Shown here: piece by piece, positions 45,163-55,577 of the stretch
Position numbering within the stretch: the first letter of the stretch is position 1
How the letters are laid out: every line of letters starts with the position of its first letter
Source of the DNA: Candidatus Fermentithermobacillaceae bacterium
GTDB lineage: Bacteria; Bacillota; Sulfobacillia; Fermentithermobacillales; DUSS01
NCBI GenBank assembly: GCA_014896535.1
Contig: JADBKE010000007.1
Location: 68,571-132,570, forward strand
Direction of reading: 5' to 3'
Length of the DNA stretch: 64,000 nt
Notes under the pieces: model-generated
What the model was told of the DNA's origin: nothing
The model's input: only the letters and a program-made list of their open reading frames with translations
Databases searched by the model: none
Program-made: the position numbers and the translations under genes

Positions 45163-45555
45163 CACTTGAGGTCTGTCTGAGGTAAGGCGCGCCGAGTCCC
45201 CGTAGGTGTTAGGGAACCGGAAGCGCCTTAGCTTTCCGCCGACCAGCTCTGTACCCTCGCAGTAGCCCTGATACGCGTCAAAAGCAACGTAGTGCACTGG
45301 ATCACCCCTGCGAACCCTGGGGGCACGGACGGAGTTGTGCGACATCCACCTATCCGGGCTCGTGCCCACCGGGCGGGTCGTTGGGGACAGCTTCTTCGTG
45401 TCACGAAAAGTTATCTCAATCCGAGACAAGGTGCTCGTGCATCTACCCTATCGTTGTTCCTTTTTCAACCTCGGCCTGTACGGCAGAAGTAACCACTTTC
45501 GCAGCAACCTTGGCAGCATGCCCGGAAATAATGGTCGAGCGGCACCTGCTTACGA

Positions 45556-45729
45556 GGTGCCGCTTTTCACTAGCTGGCGGTGAGGGCCGCGATCCTCTGT
45601 CGTGGCATCCAGCATTACCACCGCCGGGTCATTTGGGAGACGGTCGTCTAATCGCCTTCAGTTTCGGAACCGCCTATTTCCCGAGCGTCCTCATATTCTC
45701 CGCTGTCCTGTGCGAGCACCGTTCCGTTA
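45556..45729. repeat. diverged copy B (part 1) of PepSY-3'end junction
   Basis: homologous to 38438-38622; here continuous with the intact PepSY gene. Confidence 0.6.
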
Positions 45730-46169
45730 CCCGCATCAACCTTGACGTCCACGGTCCCCGTCGACGTCTTTATTTCGACGCTGTATACCACGTTACCGTT
45801 TTCATTATCGAGAGAAACCTTGACGACCTGTCCCGGCACCGCCTTCAGGGCGCTCGCAGTAGCTTGTTCGGGGGTGATTTTCGCCAGTTGCTGCAAGGAC
45901 CTGCTTTCGGTCGCTTCGTCGTCCTGATTATCGTCTTCTGCGGTATCCTGCGGGTTCGGCACGCGGATAGAGGCTGTGTACGACGGGTTTTGGGCTTCAT
46001 GCTGTCCCTGTGCTGGAGCAGCGTTTTGGGTTGCCGGTTGCGTAACCCCTGCTGCCTGGCCTACCCCATTTGCCGCCTTTGCCGTCTGAGCGTTGTACAC
46101 GCCCAGACCGGCGAGTCCCCCAAGTGTCAGCATCCCCAAGACCAAGCAGGCTATCAGTTTCTTGCTCAT
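45648..46169 (-). CDS. secreted PepSY-domain protein
   Basis: signal peptide (MSKKLIACLVLGMLTLGGLAGLGVYNA), low-complexity linker, C-terminal PepSY fold (..VVYSVEIKTSTGTVDVKVDAGNGTVL..). Confidence 0.7.
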   Translation of the reverse strand: MSKKLIACLVLGMLTLGGLAGLGVYNAQTAKAANGVGQAAGVTQPATQNAAPAQGQHEAQNPSYTASIRVPNPQDTAEDDNQDDEATESRSLQQLAKITPEQATASALKAVPGQVVKVSLDNENGNVVYSVEIKTSTGTVDVKVDAGNGTVLAQDSGEYEDAREIGGSETEGD

Positions 46170-46343
46170 TTGAAGTACCTCCTGTCAACTGCGGTTAGGC
46201 TGGAATTCTTCTGATTGACTTATCCCTGTTCGCCAACATCAACCGTCTCTTGACACTTCATCTCCGGTACAGAGCTAGTCACCCCCTTCGCGCTGGGTTT
46301 CGAGAAGCCACAGCCGTTTCCGGCTCAGTAGGCAATCTACTCG

Positions 46344-46403
46344 ACTCATTTTGGAATTCCATTAAACCTCAGTTAGAAGCAGATTAAACTTGAGCTTAAG
46401 GAT
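46344..46403. repeat. diverged copy B (part 2): PepSY upstream / response-regulator promoter segment
   Basis: 59/60 identity to 38627-38686. Confidence 0.6.
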
Positions 46404-46446
46404 TTTCTAATCTCGCACCTGTAGAAGTAATCTGGGTGGTTGCGCT

Positions 46447-46575
46447 ATGGAAACAAACGCCAAGCCTCGCATTCTCGTGGTTGAAGATGAGGCCAGCCTG
46501 GCCCGTTTCCTTCAACTGGAACTGAATCACGAGGGTTACCATGTAGAGATAGCCCGAGACGGATGTGAAGCTCAC
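46447..46575 (+). pseudogene. OmpR-family response regulator, N-terminal ~42 codons only
   Basis: METNAKPRILVVEDEASLARFLQLELNHEGYHVEIARDGCEA then loss of receiver similarity; the convergent TPR gene begins at 46592. Confidence 0.5.
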
Positions 46576-46591
46576 AACCGAAGAGCTCAGA

Positions 46592-47665
46592 CTAACTCCC
46601 CTCTACAGCCCTGCGCGCCCACGCAAGGGCTTCGGCTATGTCTTTGTAGGGAACGCGATGAGCCCTGTCGTCGGGGTTTCTCAGGATCATGGCTTTCTGG
46701 AACTCTTCCATTGCCAGTAGGACATCACCCTGACTGCGCGCCCAGACGCCCATCCAGTAATGAGCGTCAGGGTTTCTCGGAGCAGACTTGAGGGCTTTTT
46801 GAAAATGAAATCCGGCCTGCTTATGTTCCGCCTGGGCCATGTAAACGGCGCCCAGTCCGATGTGGGCCTCGGCTAGAGTCGGAAGGTCTTCGAGAACCTT
46901 TTGATAGGCGGACGCAGCGGCCTCAAGTTCCCCCTTGGCCGCGAGGACTTCCCCCAGGGCCATCGAAGCTAGGGGGCCGTCACTTGTGAGCTCCTGACAC
47001 CGGATGGCTTCCGCTAGAGCTTCTTCGTGACGACCAAGCCGGGACAAAATTCTGGCGAGGAGGTAGTGCGCGTGCGGGTCCGAAGGCGTTCTTTTGAGAC
47101 CCTCTTCGAGAAGTCTCGCCGACTCAGGAAGATCGCCCTCTCCCCAGGCGAGGCTTGCCAGTGCCATGTACGCTGCTTCGGTAGCTTTTCCGGTATCCAC
47201 CGCCCTCCTGTAGCGGAGGTTAGCTTTGTCGTAGTCGTGCCATAGCCACCTGTCGAGGAAACCGGCGTGTTCGAGAAGGATTTCGCGCCAGATGAACCAT
47301 CCCAACAATACCCAGACGAAAAGGGCCAGGAGAACGAACCTTCCGTCAAGGCCTTTCCATATGTAAGCAGCCCAACCTCCGAGCACAATGATGAGAAAAC
47401 CGGCATTCCACGGATGCCTCCACGAAAATCTGACGGGCTCTCGCAAGAAACGTACACCCCCCAAAGCCTTGGCAGCTGTTCCCGATGGCCCCGGTGGCAA
47501 AGGGCACCTGTACCCCGAGGCGCATATCCCGCAAAGAAGGATTCCCCGGATCACCTTGCTTGCTTCACATTTTGAGGCCTCTGCGGATGAAACCGCGCGG
47601 AAGACCTTTCGGGCGGCAACAGACTCAGGTCCAGCCGGCGTACACCGAACGGGCACCTCGCTCAT
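46592..47665 (-). CDS. TPR-repeat membrane protein
   Basis: two N-terminal TM helices then >=6 TPR repeats (..AHYLLARILSRLGRHEEALAEAIR..). Confidence 0.55.
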   Translation of the reverse strand: MSEVPVRCTPAGPESVAARKVFRAVSSAEASKCEASKVIRGILLCGICASGYRCPLPPGPSGTAAKALGGVRFLREPVRFSWRHPWNAGFLIIVLGGWAAYIWKGLDGRFVLLALFVWVLLGWFIWREILLEHAGFLDRWLWHDYDKANLRYRRAVDTGKATEAAYMALASLAWGEGDLPESARLLEEGLKRTPSDPHAHYLLARILSRLGRHEEALAEAIRCQELTSDGPLASMALGEVLAAKGELEAAASAYQKVLEDLPTLAEAHIGLGAVYMAQAEHKQAGFHFQKALKSAPRNPDAHYWMGVWARSQGDVLLAMEEFQKAMILRNPDDRAHRVPYKDIAEALAWARRAVEGS

Positions 47666-47890
47666 TCGCCGGCGTTATTCTGTGGACGCGGTTGCACTTG
47701 ACTACCAGGTTCTGGTATATTGTGATCGCCGGTGGCAACAAGGGCCTATCAAGAGATGAAATCAACACTTGCCGTCTTTGGCAATCAGGCTCACGCCCGG
47801 AGTAGCAACAAGGGCCTGTTGAAATACGAAACCAAAACACGCCCCCGCATCTGGTCAGCCAGGAAAGGATTTTTCCGGCAACGAGCACGG

Positions 47891-49549
47891 ATGCCCTCTG
47901 CTCGAGCCCGTCTCCCGAGCGTTTTTGTGCTCGCGCTGCTTGTGTTCTTCCAGACGCTCGTCGCCCAAGCGGGTCCTGGTCTCGGCGCCCGTGCGCAGAG
48001 CTCCGCCCCATACGCTGCCGCCGGCGCTGTTACTTCCCTCGCAGCTTCGGCCCCGGGCGCCGCGACCAATGATCCCTGGTACCGGGACCTCGCTGGTCAC
48101 TGGGCCCGTCCCTACGTCCGCGTCTTATGGGAAGAGGAGGTTGCCGACGGCTACGTTTACCCTTCCGGCCGGTCGTATTTTTGGCCCAACAGGCTGTGTG
48201 ATAGGGCGCAATTCCTCCTATTGCTGGCCAAAGCATTTCAGCTCGAACCTTTTGAACCGCCCGTCCCCTCTTATCCGGACGTAGGCCCTTCGTTTACGAT
48301 CCTGAACGGCAAGAAGATTTGGGCGTACGTAGAAGCATGCGTCCGGGCTGGAATTAGTTTCGTCCCCCCAGGACGGAATCTCTTCCCCAACGCCGAGGTT
48401 ACCAGGGAAGACGCCGTGGAGTTTCTCGTGAGATGCCTGGACTTGTGGCCGATGGCTCAGCTCATCCCGGAGGACGAAGCCAGGCGAATCCTTTCGAGGT
48501 TTACCGATGGTCATACGACTTCACGAGAACGGCTCAAAAGCATGGCACTGTCCGTGCGTCTGGGCATCGTTCAAGGCTGCGGCGACGGTACCCTGCAACC
48601 GCGGCGGCCGATGATGAGGTGCGAGATGGCCACCATTGTATACAAAAGCTGCCTGGTGAGGGCCCAGGCGCACCCCCCGTGGTTTTCGCCGGACGGAGAT
48701 GGGGTCGACGAGACCGTCGAGTTCGAATTCACGTGGCTCAAAAACCGGAACATCGTCTCGTGGAACGGCGGGATAACGGATGCCACAGGCCAGACCGTGT
48801 TCACCTTCAACCCGGGTCAAGCCCCGGGGCCGCCTCCCCGTAGGTCGGCGTGGGGCGGGACGGACTCCTCGGGACGACCCCTGCCCGCGGGACAGTACTT
48901 TTACCAGCTCTGGGTGAAGGACAGATTGGGAAACCAGTTCTTCTCGGTCAGGAAGCCCCTGTACCTGGTCAAACACTTTCTAACGGCGCGTCTTCATCCC
49001 GAAATTGCAGCCGACGGTGACACCGTATTTGTCCTGGCCGAAACCAGGCCCGCCGCGCTGGCCGTAACGGCGACTTTTATCTGCGGTCGTACGGTGCCCC
49101 TGGAATCCGCGCCCGGCGCGCAATCGTGGACCGCTACGCTGGAAATGGGTCCGTGGCTTCCCGTGGGAAAACAGCCGGTTGAAGTTCGTGCGGTTTTCCC
49201 AGGCGCTGTCAGGGAAGAAACGCTGTATCTGACAAGGCTCGATCCGCTGACCATCACAGCCGAAGTGAGACCGAATCCGGCGTCACGCGGTCAGACCGTG
49301 TTGCTTCTGGCTTACACCGGGACGGGAGTTGAAGCCGTGACCGCCACGCTTTTTGGAGAAACGATTGCGATGCGCCCGGATGGCCCGACACGGTGGTTAG
49401 GAGAATCCAAGGTACCGATCACGGCGCCTGTCGGTCCCAACGACGTGCTCTTTTCCGCGTTCGCGGACGGGCGTAGGAAGGATTGTATCGTCATTCTGAC
49501 GGTCGAGGAATCTCCCCTCGTCAATCTCACGTTCATCCTGAGCGAATGA
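47891..49549 (+). CDS. cell-surface protein with three S-layer-homology (SLH) repeats and C-terminal Ig-like (FlgD-Ig-like) domains
   Basis: signal peptide MPSARARLPSVFVLALLVFFQTLVAQA at ATG 47891; three SLH-like units; FlgD-Ig-like segment (..GQYFYQLWVKD..). SLH and FlgD-Ig assignments from memory. Confidence 0.6.
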   Translation: MPSARARLPSVFVLALLVFFQTLVAQAGPGLGARAQSSAPYAAAGAVTSLAASAPGAATNDPWYRDLAGHWARPYVRVLWEEEVADGYVYPSGRSYFWPNRLCDRAQFLLLLAKAFQLEPFEPPVPSYPDVGPSFTILNGKKIWAYVEACVRAGISFVPPGRNLFPNAEVTREDAVEFLVRCLDLWPMAQLIPEDEARRILSRFTDGHTTSRERLKSMALSVRLGIVQGCGDGTLQPRRPMMRCEMATIVYKSCLVRAQAHPPWFSPDGDGVDETVEFEFTWLKNRNIVSWNGGITDATGQTVFTFNPGQAPGPPPRRSAWGGTDSSGRPLPAGQYFYQLWVKDRLGNQFFSVRKPLYLVKHFLTARLHPEIAADGDTVFVLAETRPAALAVTATFICGRTVPLESAPGAQSWTATLEMGPWLPVGKQPVEVRAVFPGAVREETLYLTRLDPLTITAEVRPNPASRGQTVLLLAYTGTGVEAVTATLFGETIAMRPDGPTRWLGESKVPITAPVGPNDVLFSAFADGRRKDCIVILTVEESPLVNLTFILSE

Positions 49550-49572
49550 GCTGTCGCACTTAACGAATGCTC

Positions 49573-50517
49573 TCATCGGGGAATACCCTCATCGGGGAGC
49601 TCCAACGTAACGGGGCCGAACTCACCCTTCCGAAAGCGGGCCAGGTAAAGCTGGGCAGCTCGGGTCAGGTCAACTTCTCCGCCTTTCTTGACCTGACCCG
49701 TTTCCCTTCCGAATTGTTCCAGGAAAAGGAGGGCCGGCTTCGGTGGCGGCCCGGCCGCGTCCTGCAACACCGTTGGCTCGCCGGTGAGCAGTTCGCGGCT
49801 ATCCCCGGAGCGTACCGGCTCCGCCGCCTCCAGGTCGGCTGAAAAACTCGCCCTAAAACCGAACTCGTCAGGCACCCCACCTGGCTTAGCCGGAGCCAGC
49901 CGCTCTATCAGCCAGAGAGCCACTTCCAGCGGGTCGTACCTGGCCTCCGGAATCGCACCGGTGGCAGCTAGGGCCATCAAGGTATCTCCTTTGACCGCGC
50001 CGGGCTCAAGCACACCGGGGGTGTCCAGGAGAAGGAATTCTTCCCCGCACCGTATCCAGTGGATTCCTCGGGTGAGACCGGGCTTTGCGCCGGCGGGTGC
50101 TCTCACCCTGCCGACAAGCCGGTTGATGATGGAGGATTTCCCCACGTTGGGTAAGCCAAAAACCATCAGTTTGAGGGGCCTTTCGAGCGTGCCTGGAGGT
50201 CTCGTCCGGTTCAGCCTTTCCCGTTCGCTCCTGAGGAAGGCGAGGAGCTCTTTCATGCCCTCGCCCGTATTGGCCTGCACGCCAAAGGCTGGCTTCCCCT
50301 CACTTTCCAGGGCGGCAATCCAGCTCCTGGTGGCTGCGGGGTCGGCCAGGTCGGTCCTGGTGAGGACGTAAACGAATTTTCTGGGAGAAAGGTACTTCCT
50401 GGCCACCCGTATCGAAGTCCTCGGTATCCGGGCATCCAGGGCAAACAAGATTACGTCGACGACGGAGAGGAAGGTCCTCCTCCCCGGTGTCATCAAAGGA
50501 TTTCCCCGCCGCTTCAT
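49573..50517 (-). CDS. rbgA: ribosome biogenesis GTPase A (YlqF/RbgA)
   Basis: circularly permuted GTPase motifs (DARIP, FGLPNVGKSSIINRL, DTPG); conserved position next to lepB/rplS. Confidence 0.8.
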   Translation of the reverse strand: MKRRGNPLMTPGRRTFLSVVDVILFALDARIPRTSIRVARKYLSPRKFVYVLTRTDLADPAATRSWIAALESEGKPAFGVQANTGEGMKELLAFLRSERERLNRTRPPGTLERPLKLMVFGLPNVGKSSIINRLVGRVRAPAGAKPGLTRGIHWIRCGEEFLLLDTPGVLEPGAVKGDTLMALAATGAIPEARYDPLEVALWLIERLAPAKPGGVPDEFGFRASFSADLEAAEPVRSGDSRELLTGEPTVLQDAAGPPPKPALLFLEQFGRETGQVKKGGEVDLTRAAQLYLARFRKGEFGPVTLELPDEGIPR

Positions 50518-51080
50518 CGGATAACCCCGGCGAACTTAAACGGCCAGATTACAATGGACGCCCTTCCTTTGATGAGACGGAGCTCCACGGGGCCGAAGCT
50601 CCTAGAGTCCTCGCTGTTCTGCCTGTTGTCGCCCATGACGAAAACGGTCCCGGGCGGGACCACAAAACTTGACATGCTGAACAGACCGGGGTGGAAGACG
50701 TAAGGCTCCTCGACGAGCTGGCCGTTCCGGTAAACTCTCCCCGTGCGGATTTCTATGACGTCCCCCTCGATTCCGATAACCCGCTTGATGTAATCCTTGG
50801 ACGGGTCAAGGGGGTACCTGAATACGATTACGTCCCCGCGTTTGGGTTTGGAAAAGCGATAGGCGAGCTTGTTCACCAGCAATCGCTCGCCGTCTTTTAG
50901 GGTGGGCATCATAGATGGCCCCTGCACCACATAGGTCTCGACGACAAAAGTTCGTATGAAGATGGCCAGGATGAGGGCCACTACTACGATACTTACGACA
51001 TCCTTCAGGAACTCCACTCTCGTTTTCTCCTTGCGGGGTGAGCCCCGGTTGTCGAGACTACTTTTGCCGCTTTTCCTCAA
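50514..51080 (-). CDS. lepB: signal peptidase I
   Basis: catalytic Ser/Lys boxes ([32 protein letters not shown]). Confidence 0.85.
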   Translation of the reverse strand: MRKSGKSSLDNRGSPRKEKTRVEFLKDVVSIVVVALILAIFIRTFVVETYVVQGPSMMPTLKDGERLLVNKLAYRFSKPKRGDVIVFRYPLDPSKDYIKRVIGIEGDVIEIRTGRVYRNGQLVEEPYVFHPGLFSMSSFVVPPGTVFVMGDNRQNSEDSRSFGPVELRLIKGRASIVIWPFKFAGVIR

Positions 51081-51405
51081 TGCGGGATTCTTTACCCGAC
51101 AGCCCTCTCAAATAGAACAGTTTCGCCCTGCGCACCCGGCCCCTCCTCAAGACCTCGATCCGGTCGATCCTCGGAGAATGCACGGGAAAAGTCCTCTCGA
51201 CCCCGACTCCGTACGAGACCCTTCGCACCGTAAAGGTTTCCCGGACTCCGCCGCGCTGACGTGCGATAACGGTGCCCTCAAAAGGCTGAATACGTTCGCG
51301 GCCTCCTTCGATTACCTTGTAGTGCACCCTGACGTAATCACCTGGCCTGAAGTCGGGGATATCTTCCCTCATGCCTTCCCGCTCCACAAGGCTCACGAGA
51401 TCCAT
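51058..51405 (-). CDS. rplS: 50S ribosomal protein L19
   Basis: [50 protein letters not shown]...; start set at ATG 51405. Confidence 0.9.
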   Translation of the reverse strand: MDLVSLVEREGMREDIPDFRPGDYVRVHYKVIEGGRERIQPFEGTVIARQRGGVRETFTVRRVSYGVGVERTFPVHSPRIDRIEVLRRGRVRRAKLFYLRGLSGKESRIEEKRQK

Positions 51406-51441
51406 TGCCATCACCCTTTCCACTTGAACGCTCTGATTCTA

Positions 51442-52293
51442 TCATTTCACACCGGGTTGCGCGCCTCTGCCGGACGCGTTTGTTCCCAAATCGTCGCCGG
51501 CGTCCGCCTCCCAGGCTATCTCCAGAAGCAACTCCCTGTCCTCCGGTGTAAGTACGGCTTTCTCCAGAAGATCCGGTCTTCTCTCGAGAGTGCGCTTGAG
51601 CGACTGCTTCCGCCGCCATCGCCGAATCTTTTCGTGGTCCCCGGACAGCAGGATTTCCGGCACCTTCATACCCCTATACTCGGCGGGCCGAGTGTACTGG
51701 GGCCCCTCCAGGAGACCGTCGGCAAACGATTCGCTTCTGGGCGACTGGTCGCTTCCGAGCACCCCCGGAACGTATCTGGCCACCGCATCCAGTACCACCA
51801 TGGCTGGGATTTCCCCGCCCGTCAGCACGTAATCGCCGATGGATATCTCCCGGTCGGCGAGGTACCTCACGCGCTCGTCGAACCCCTCGTAATGTCCGCA
51901 AATGAGCACGAGATTGGAAATTCCGGCAAGTTCCCGGGCCATCCGGTCGCAGAAAGTCTCGCCCTGGGGAGTCAGAAGGCAAATGTACGGTGCATCTGGA
52001 GACCCTGAACTCGCGATTTCCTCCTTCACAGCATCGACCGCCTCGTAGATGGGTTCGGGCTTCATCACCATACCCGGACCGCCTCCGTACGGGTAGTCAT
52101 CGGCCGTTTTGTGAGCGTCGTGGGTGAAATCCCTTATGTCCACCAGCTTCACCCGGATGACTCCCCGTTCGATGGCCCTGCCGAGAATGCTTGCTCCCAG
52201 TACTCCTGAGAACATCTGGGGAAATAGAGTGAGGATGTAGACGTTCACGCTACCCGCCCTCTTTTCCCCGATTTCCTTCCAGGCCTCCCGCAT
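51442..52293 (-). CDS. trmD: tRNA (guanine37-N1)-methyltransferase
   Basis: SPOUT/TrmD motifs (LICGHYEGFDERV, GDYVLTGGEIPAMV); probable N-terminal over-extension in the track ORF. Confidence 0.85.
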   Translation of the reverse strand: MREAWKEIGEKRAGSVNVYILTLFPQMFSGVLGASILGRAIERGVIRVKLVDIRDFTHDAHKTADDYPYGGGPGMVMKPEPIYEAVDAVKEEIASSGSPDAPYICLLTPQGETFCDRMARELAGISNLVLICGHYEGFDERVRYLADREISIGDYVLTGGEIPAMVVLDAVARYVPGVLGSDQSPRSESFADGLLEGPQYTRPAEYRGMKVPEILLSGDHEKIRRWRRKQSLKRTLERRPDLLEKAVLTPEDRELLLEIAWEADAGDDLGTNASGRGAQPGVK

Positions 52294-52753
52294 CCTGAGT
52301 TGCGGGGTCTTGTGCTGCGCCGGGCTCCCCTTGCGGTCGCATCTTGCGACCCAGGTCTACGCTGAACGACCGCCCGTCCCTGACGGCCAGGACGACACCG
52401 TCCTCTATCACTATTTCGGCGGCCAAGACTTCAGGCCAGATGTCCCCGGGCTTCACCTCGACCAGTCCCTGGACCTGCCCTCTCACCACTTCCTGCCCGA
52501 TTTCAAGACCGGCGATGTCCTCGAGGTTTTTGATGAGGCTCTGCCGCCTCGAAGCCTTGTCCGCCCTTTCTTTTTCCAGCCGGGCTACGGCTTCGCCTTT
52601 AGCTCCCAGGGCCCGGCGCCTGGCGAGCTCTTCCTCGATGGCCCGGAGCTCCAGGTCGAGCCTGCGAATCTCTTCTTGAATATCGCGGGCAAGCTCTTCC
52701 TTGAGTCCAGGCGTTACCCTGGACTTGACGGTGACAGACCTGAATAACAGCAT
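52250..52753 (-). CDS. rimM: 16S rRNA processing protein RimM
   Basis: RimM N-terminal barrel and PRC-barrel C-terminus; conserved position between the KH gene and trmD. Confidence 0.8.
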   Translation of the reverse strand: MLLFRSVTVKSRVTPGLKEELARDIQEEIRRLDLELRAIEEELARRRALGAKGEAVARLEKERADKASRRQSLIKNLEDIAGLEIGQEVVRGQVQGLVEVKPGDIWPEVLAAEIVIEDGVVLAVRDGRSFSVDLGRKMRPQGEPGAAQDPATQDAGGLEGNRGKEGG

Positions 52754-52778
52754 GGGTCACGCGGGCGCACAGCCGCCA

Positions 52779-53012
52779 TTACTCCAGGATCTCCACGGCC
52801 GCCCTCTTGCCTTCCTTGGCCGCAGCGGCCTGTACGAGGGTCCTGATAGCCCTGACGACCCTGCCCTGCTTGCCTATGACCTTACCCATGTCCTCGGTGG
52901 CTACGCGTACCTCAAAAACGCAGGCCCTCTCGCCTTCAACCTCTTTGACCTGAACGCCGTTGGGATTATCCACTATCGACTTGACGATGAATTCCACAAG
53001 GTCACGCAACAT
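52779..53012 (-). CDS. KH-domain RNA-binding protein (YlqC-like)
   Basis: 77 aa, KH fold with GKQGR loop ([16 protein letters not shown]). Confidence 0.7.
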   Translation of the reverse strand: MLRDLVEFIVKSIVDNPNGVQVKEVEGERACVFEVRVATEDMGKVIGKQGRVVRAIRTLVQAAAAKEGKRAAVEILE

Positions 53013-53036
53013 AACCCATCCTCCTCGTTCGTAAGG

Positions 53037-53318
53037 TTAGCGAGTCCCCTCTTCTTTCCGCAACGCCTGCCATCTTTCCATGATACCCGCTTTTGTCAAT
53101 AGGCTCTTCGCAGTAGGCGTAGGCTGTGCCCCGCGTCTCAACCATAATATAGCTTTTTCCTCTTCCAATTTAAAGGTGGGCGGCTCGGTCCTGGGATTGT
53201 AATACCCCAGTTCGTCGATGCTGCGCCCGTCCCTGGGAGCCCTTGAATCAACCACCACCACGCGGTAGACCGGAGCCTTTTTTGAACCTATCCTCTTGAG
53301 TCTGATCTTTACCGCCAA
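53037..53318 (-). CDS. rpsP: 30S ribosomal protein S16
   Basis: [46 protein letters not shown]...; start set at the internal TTG/Leu codon (53318); the track ORF is over-extended. Confidence 0.85.
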   Translation of the reverse strand: MAVKIRLKRIGSKKAPVYRVVVVDSRAPRDGRSIDELGYYNPRTEPPTFKLEEEKAILWLRRGAQPTPTAKSLLTKAGIMERWQALRKEEGTR

Positions 53319-53493
53319 GCTTTCACCTCTCCTTTCTAGAGATTGTGCCGCGAGATTCCCGTTCCGGGCGGTGCCGGTCCCGGTGGACTCACCCGGGCAC
53401 CTGGTTCCGACCGTACCCTCCATTCCCCGGCACGCGCTTTCGCCTATTCCGCACGACGCCGGCAGAAATACTCAACCGCCGACCGCGTCCCGC

Positions 53494-54810
53494 TCAAAAC
53501 GGGAACTTCCCGGCCTTGTCCATGGAAGACAGCCGCGACATCATCTTCCGGACTTCGGCGAACTTCTTAAGGAGCCTGTTGACATCCTGTACCGAAGTAC
53601 CGCTGCCTTTAGCTATTCGCTTCTTTCTGGATCCGTCTATGATCTCGGGTCTCCTTCTCTCCTCCTTTGTCATGGACTGGATGATGGCCTCCACCCGAGT
53701 CCACTCCTTGGGATCTACATCAAGGTCCAATTTCGCCCGGGACAAACCGGGGATCATCCTCAGAATGTCTCCAATGGAGCCCATCTTTCTCATGTCTCTC
53801 ATCTGCTCGAGGAAATCGTCCAGGGTAAACTCGTTTCTCCTGAGTTTCCGGTCGAACTCCCGCGCTTTTGCCTCGTCGATGGCTTCCTGAGCTTTTTCAA
53901 TAAGAGTTAGCACATCGCCCATACCGAGGATCCGCGACGCCATTCTGTCGGGGTGGAAGACCTCGAAATCCTCGAGCTTTTCCCCCACCGAAGCGAAGAG
54001 AACCGGCTTCCCCGTGACCTTGACGACGGACAACGCAGCGCCGCCTCTAGCGTCGGAATCAAGTTTGGTCAGGATTATCCCGGAAATACCCACCTTTTCG
54101 TCGAAAACCTGGGCAACTCTGCATGCCTCCTGTCCCGTCATGGCGTCGACGACGAGGAGTTTTTCCTGCGGCGCGGAAACGGAAGCGATTCTCCTGGCTT
54201 CTTCCATCATATCCTCGTCGATCTGCAGCCGTCCGGCGGTATCGAGGATAACCACGTCGTAGCCCTGCCGTTTCGCCTGACTTATCCCCGCGGCCGCGAT
54301 ATCCTCAGCTTTGGAATTGCCTCCCAGCGTGAAGAACACTGCGCCAGCCTTCTGAGATACGATTTCCAGCTGCCTCTGCGCTGCAGGCCGCCAGACGTCG
54401 CAGGAAACGCACATCACGTGCTTACCCTGTTTCCTGAGAAGAAGAGCGATCTTTCCGGCCGTCGTGGTTTTGCCGGAGCCCTGAAGGCCGAGCAGGAGGA
54501 TTACCGCGGGTGGAGAGCCGGCGAGGTTGAGCCGACGGACGTCCTTTCCCATTATGGCCGCAAGTTCTTCGTATACGATCTTGATCACCTGTTGCGCCGG
54601 GGTAAGGCTGGAAAGTACCTCTTCACCGACGGCTCGCTCGCGTATGTTGGCGATGAATTCCTTTACCACTTTATAGTTGACGTCGGCTTCGAGTAAGCTG
54701 AGCCTGACTTCCCGTAGCGCGGCATCCACGTCTGCCTCGGTGAGCTTCCCTTTTCCCCGGAGCTTTCTGAATATGTCTGAAAGCTTCTGCGTCAGGCCTT
54801 CGAACGGCAC
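53494..54810 (-). CDS. ffh: signal recognition particle protein Ffh
   Basis: N domain, G domain ([18 protein letters not shown]), M domain; start set at GTG 54810 (VPFEGLTQKL...). Confidence 0.9.
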   Translation of the reverse strand: MPFEGLTQKLSDIFRKLRGKGKLTEADVDAALREVRLSLLEADVNYKVVKEFIANIRERAVGEEVLSSLTPAQQVIKIVYEELAAIMGKDVRRLNLAGSPPAVILLLGLQGSGKTTTAGKIALLLRKQGKHVMCVSCDVWRPAAQRQLEIVSQKAGAVFFTLGGNSKAEDIAAAGISQAKRQGYDVVILDTAGRLQIDEDMMEEARRIASVSAPQEKLLVVDAMTGQEACRVAQVFDEKVGISGIILTKLDSDARGGAALSVVKVTGKPVLFASVGEKLEDFEVFHPDRMASRILGMGDVLTLIEKAQEAIDEAKAREFDRKLRRNEFTLDDFLEQMRDMRKMGSIGDILRMIPGLSRAKLDLDVDPKEWTRVEAIIQSMTKEERRRPEIIDGSRKKRIAKGSGTSVQDVNRLLKKFAEVRKMMSRLSSMDKAGKFPF

Positions 54811-54910
54811 GCCGTCTCGCCTCCTGGTTTCCTCACCGGTTCCGGCCTCCCTTGCAGCTGCCCCCCACCGGCGACGTTGGACTCCGCGCCCTTGCGGTAG
54901 CCCGCTGGTT

Positions 54911-55260
54911 TCATTTTTCACTTGCGGTGCCCGCTTCTTCCAGAAGCCGCAGGGCCTCTGCCTTCACCGACGTCCAGTTAGACTGGTCCATGGATTCGAG
55001 AAGCTTTTTCAGCCTTTTGAATTTCTGGTTGACTTCTTGACTGTACTTTAGAAAGCCTATTTCCTGCTCAAACCTGTTCAACGCCTCCACGCACGACTGG
55101 AAAGCATCCTGGGCCGCCCCCCTGGATATACCCAGTTCGCAGGCGATCTCCGAAAACGAAAGGTCCTCGTCGAGTTTGAGCCTCGCGACCTCCCTTTGCC
55201 TCGGTGCCAGAAGACCTTCGTAGAGGTCTTTCAGAAGCCCTAGCCTGGCCACTTCGTTCA
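54911..55260 (-). CDS. ylxM: YlxM/UPF0122-family putative DNA-binding protein
   Basis: sigma-70 region-4-like HTH (DLSFSEIACELGISRGAAQDAFQSCVEALNRFE); conserved position upstream of ffh; start set at GTG 55260. Confidence 0.65.
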
Positions 55261-55577
55261 CGTCACCGGTGACGCCCAGCCTGACCGTCCTCCTTCTTCC
55301 AGCGGCAGTGTACGGGTTACGAGCAATACACCTTGCATTGTAGATGTGCCGGGGAATACAGTCAACATCTTCGGCGGCAGTTTTTGCCCATCGGTATCGC
55401 CACGCCAATGGTGACAAGCGCGGCAAAAGAGCACATCTTCTAAATCTCAGGGCTCTCGTCGGGCGCCACCCAAGAAGAGTCCGCGCTGGAGAAGCGGTGG
55501 TTTTGCGCGGGAAGGATTATCTCGTTCGGGTGCAAAAAAATAAGTCGCAATTCAGGTTCACGGAAGGAGCGTAAACA

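Noticed and set aside
45381-46214. 277-aa plus-strand ORF
   Set aside because: Entirely antisense to the well-supported PepSY gene and the repeat region. A high-GC antisense open frame without SD.
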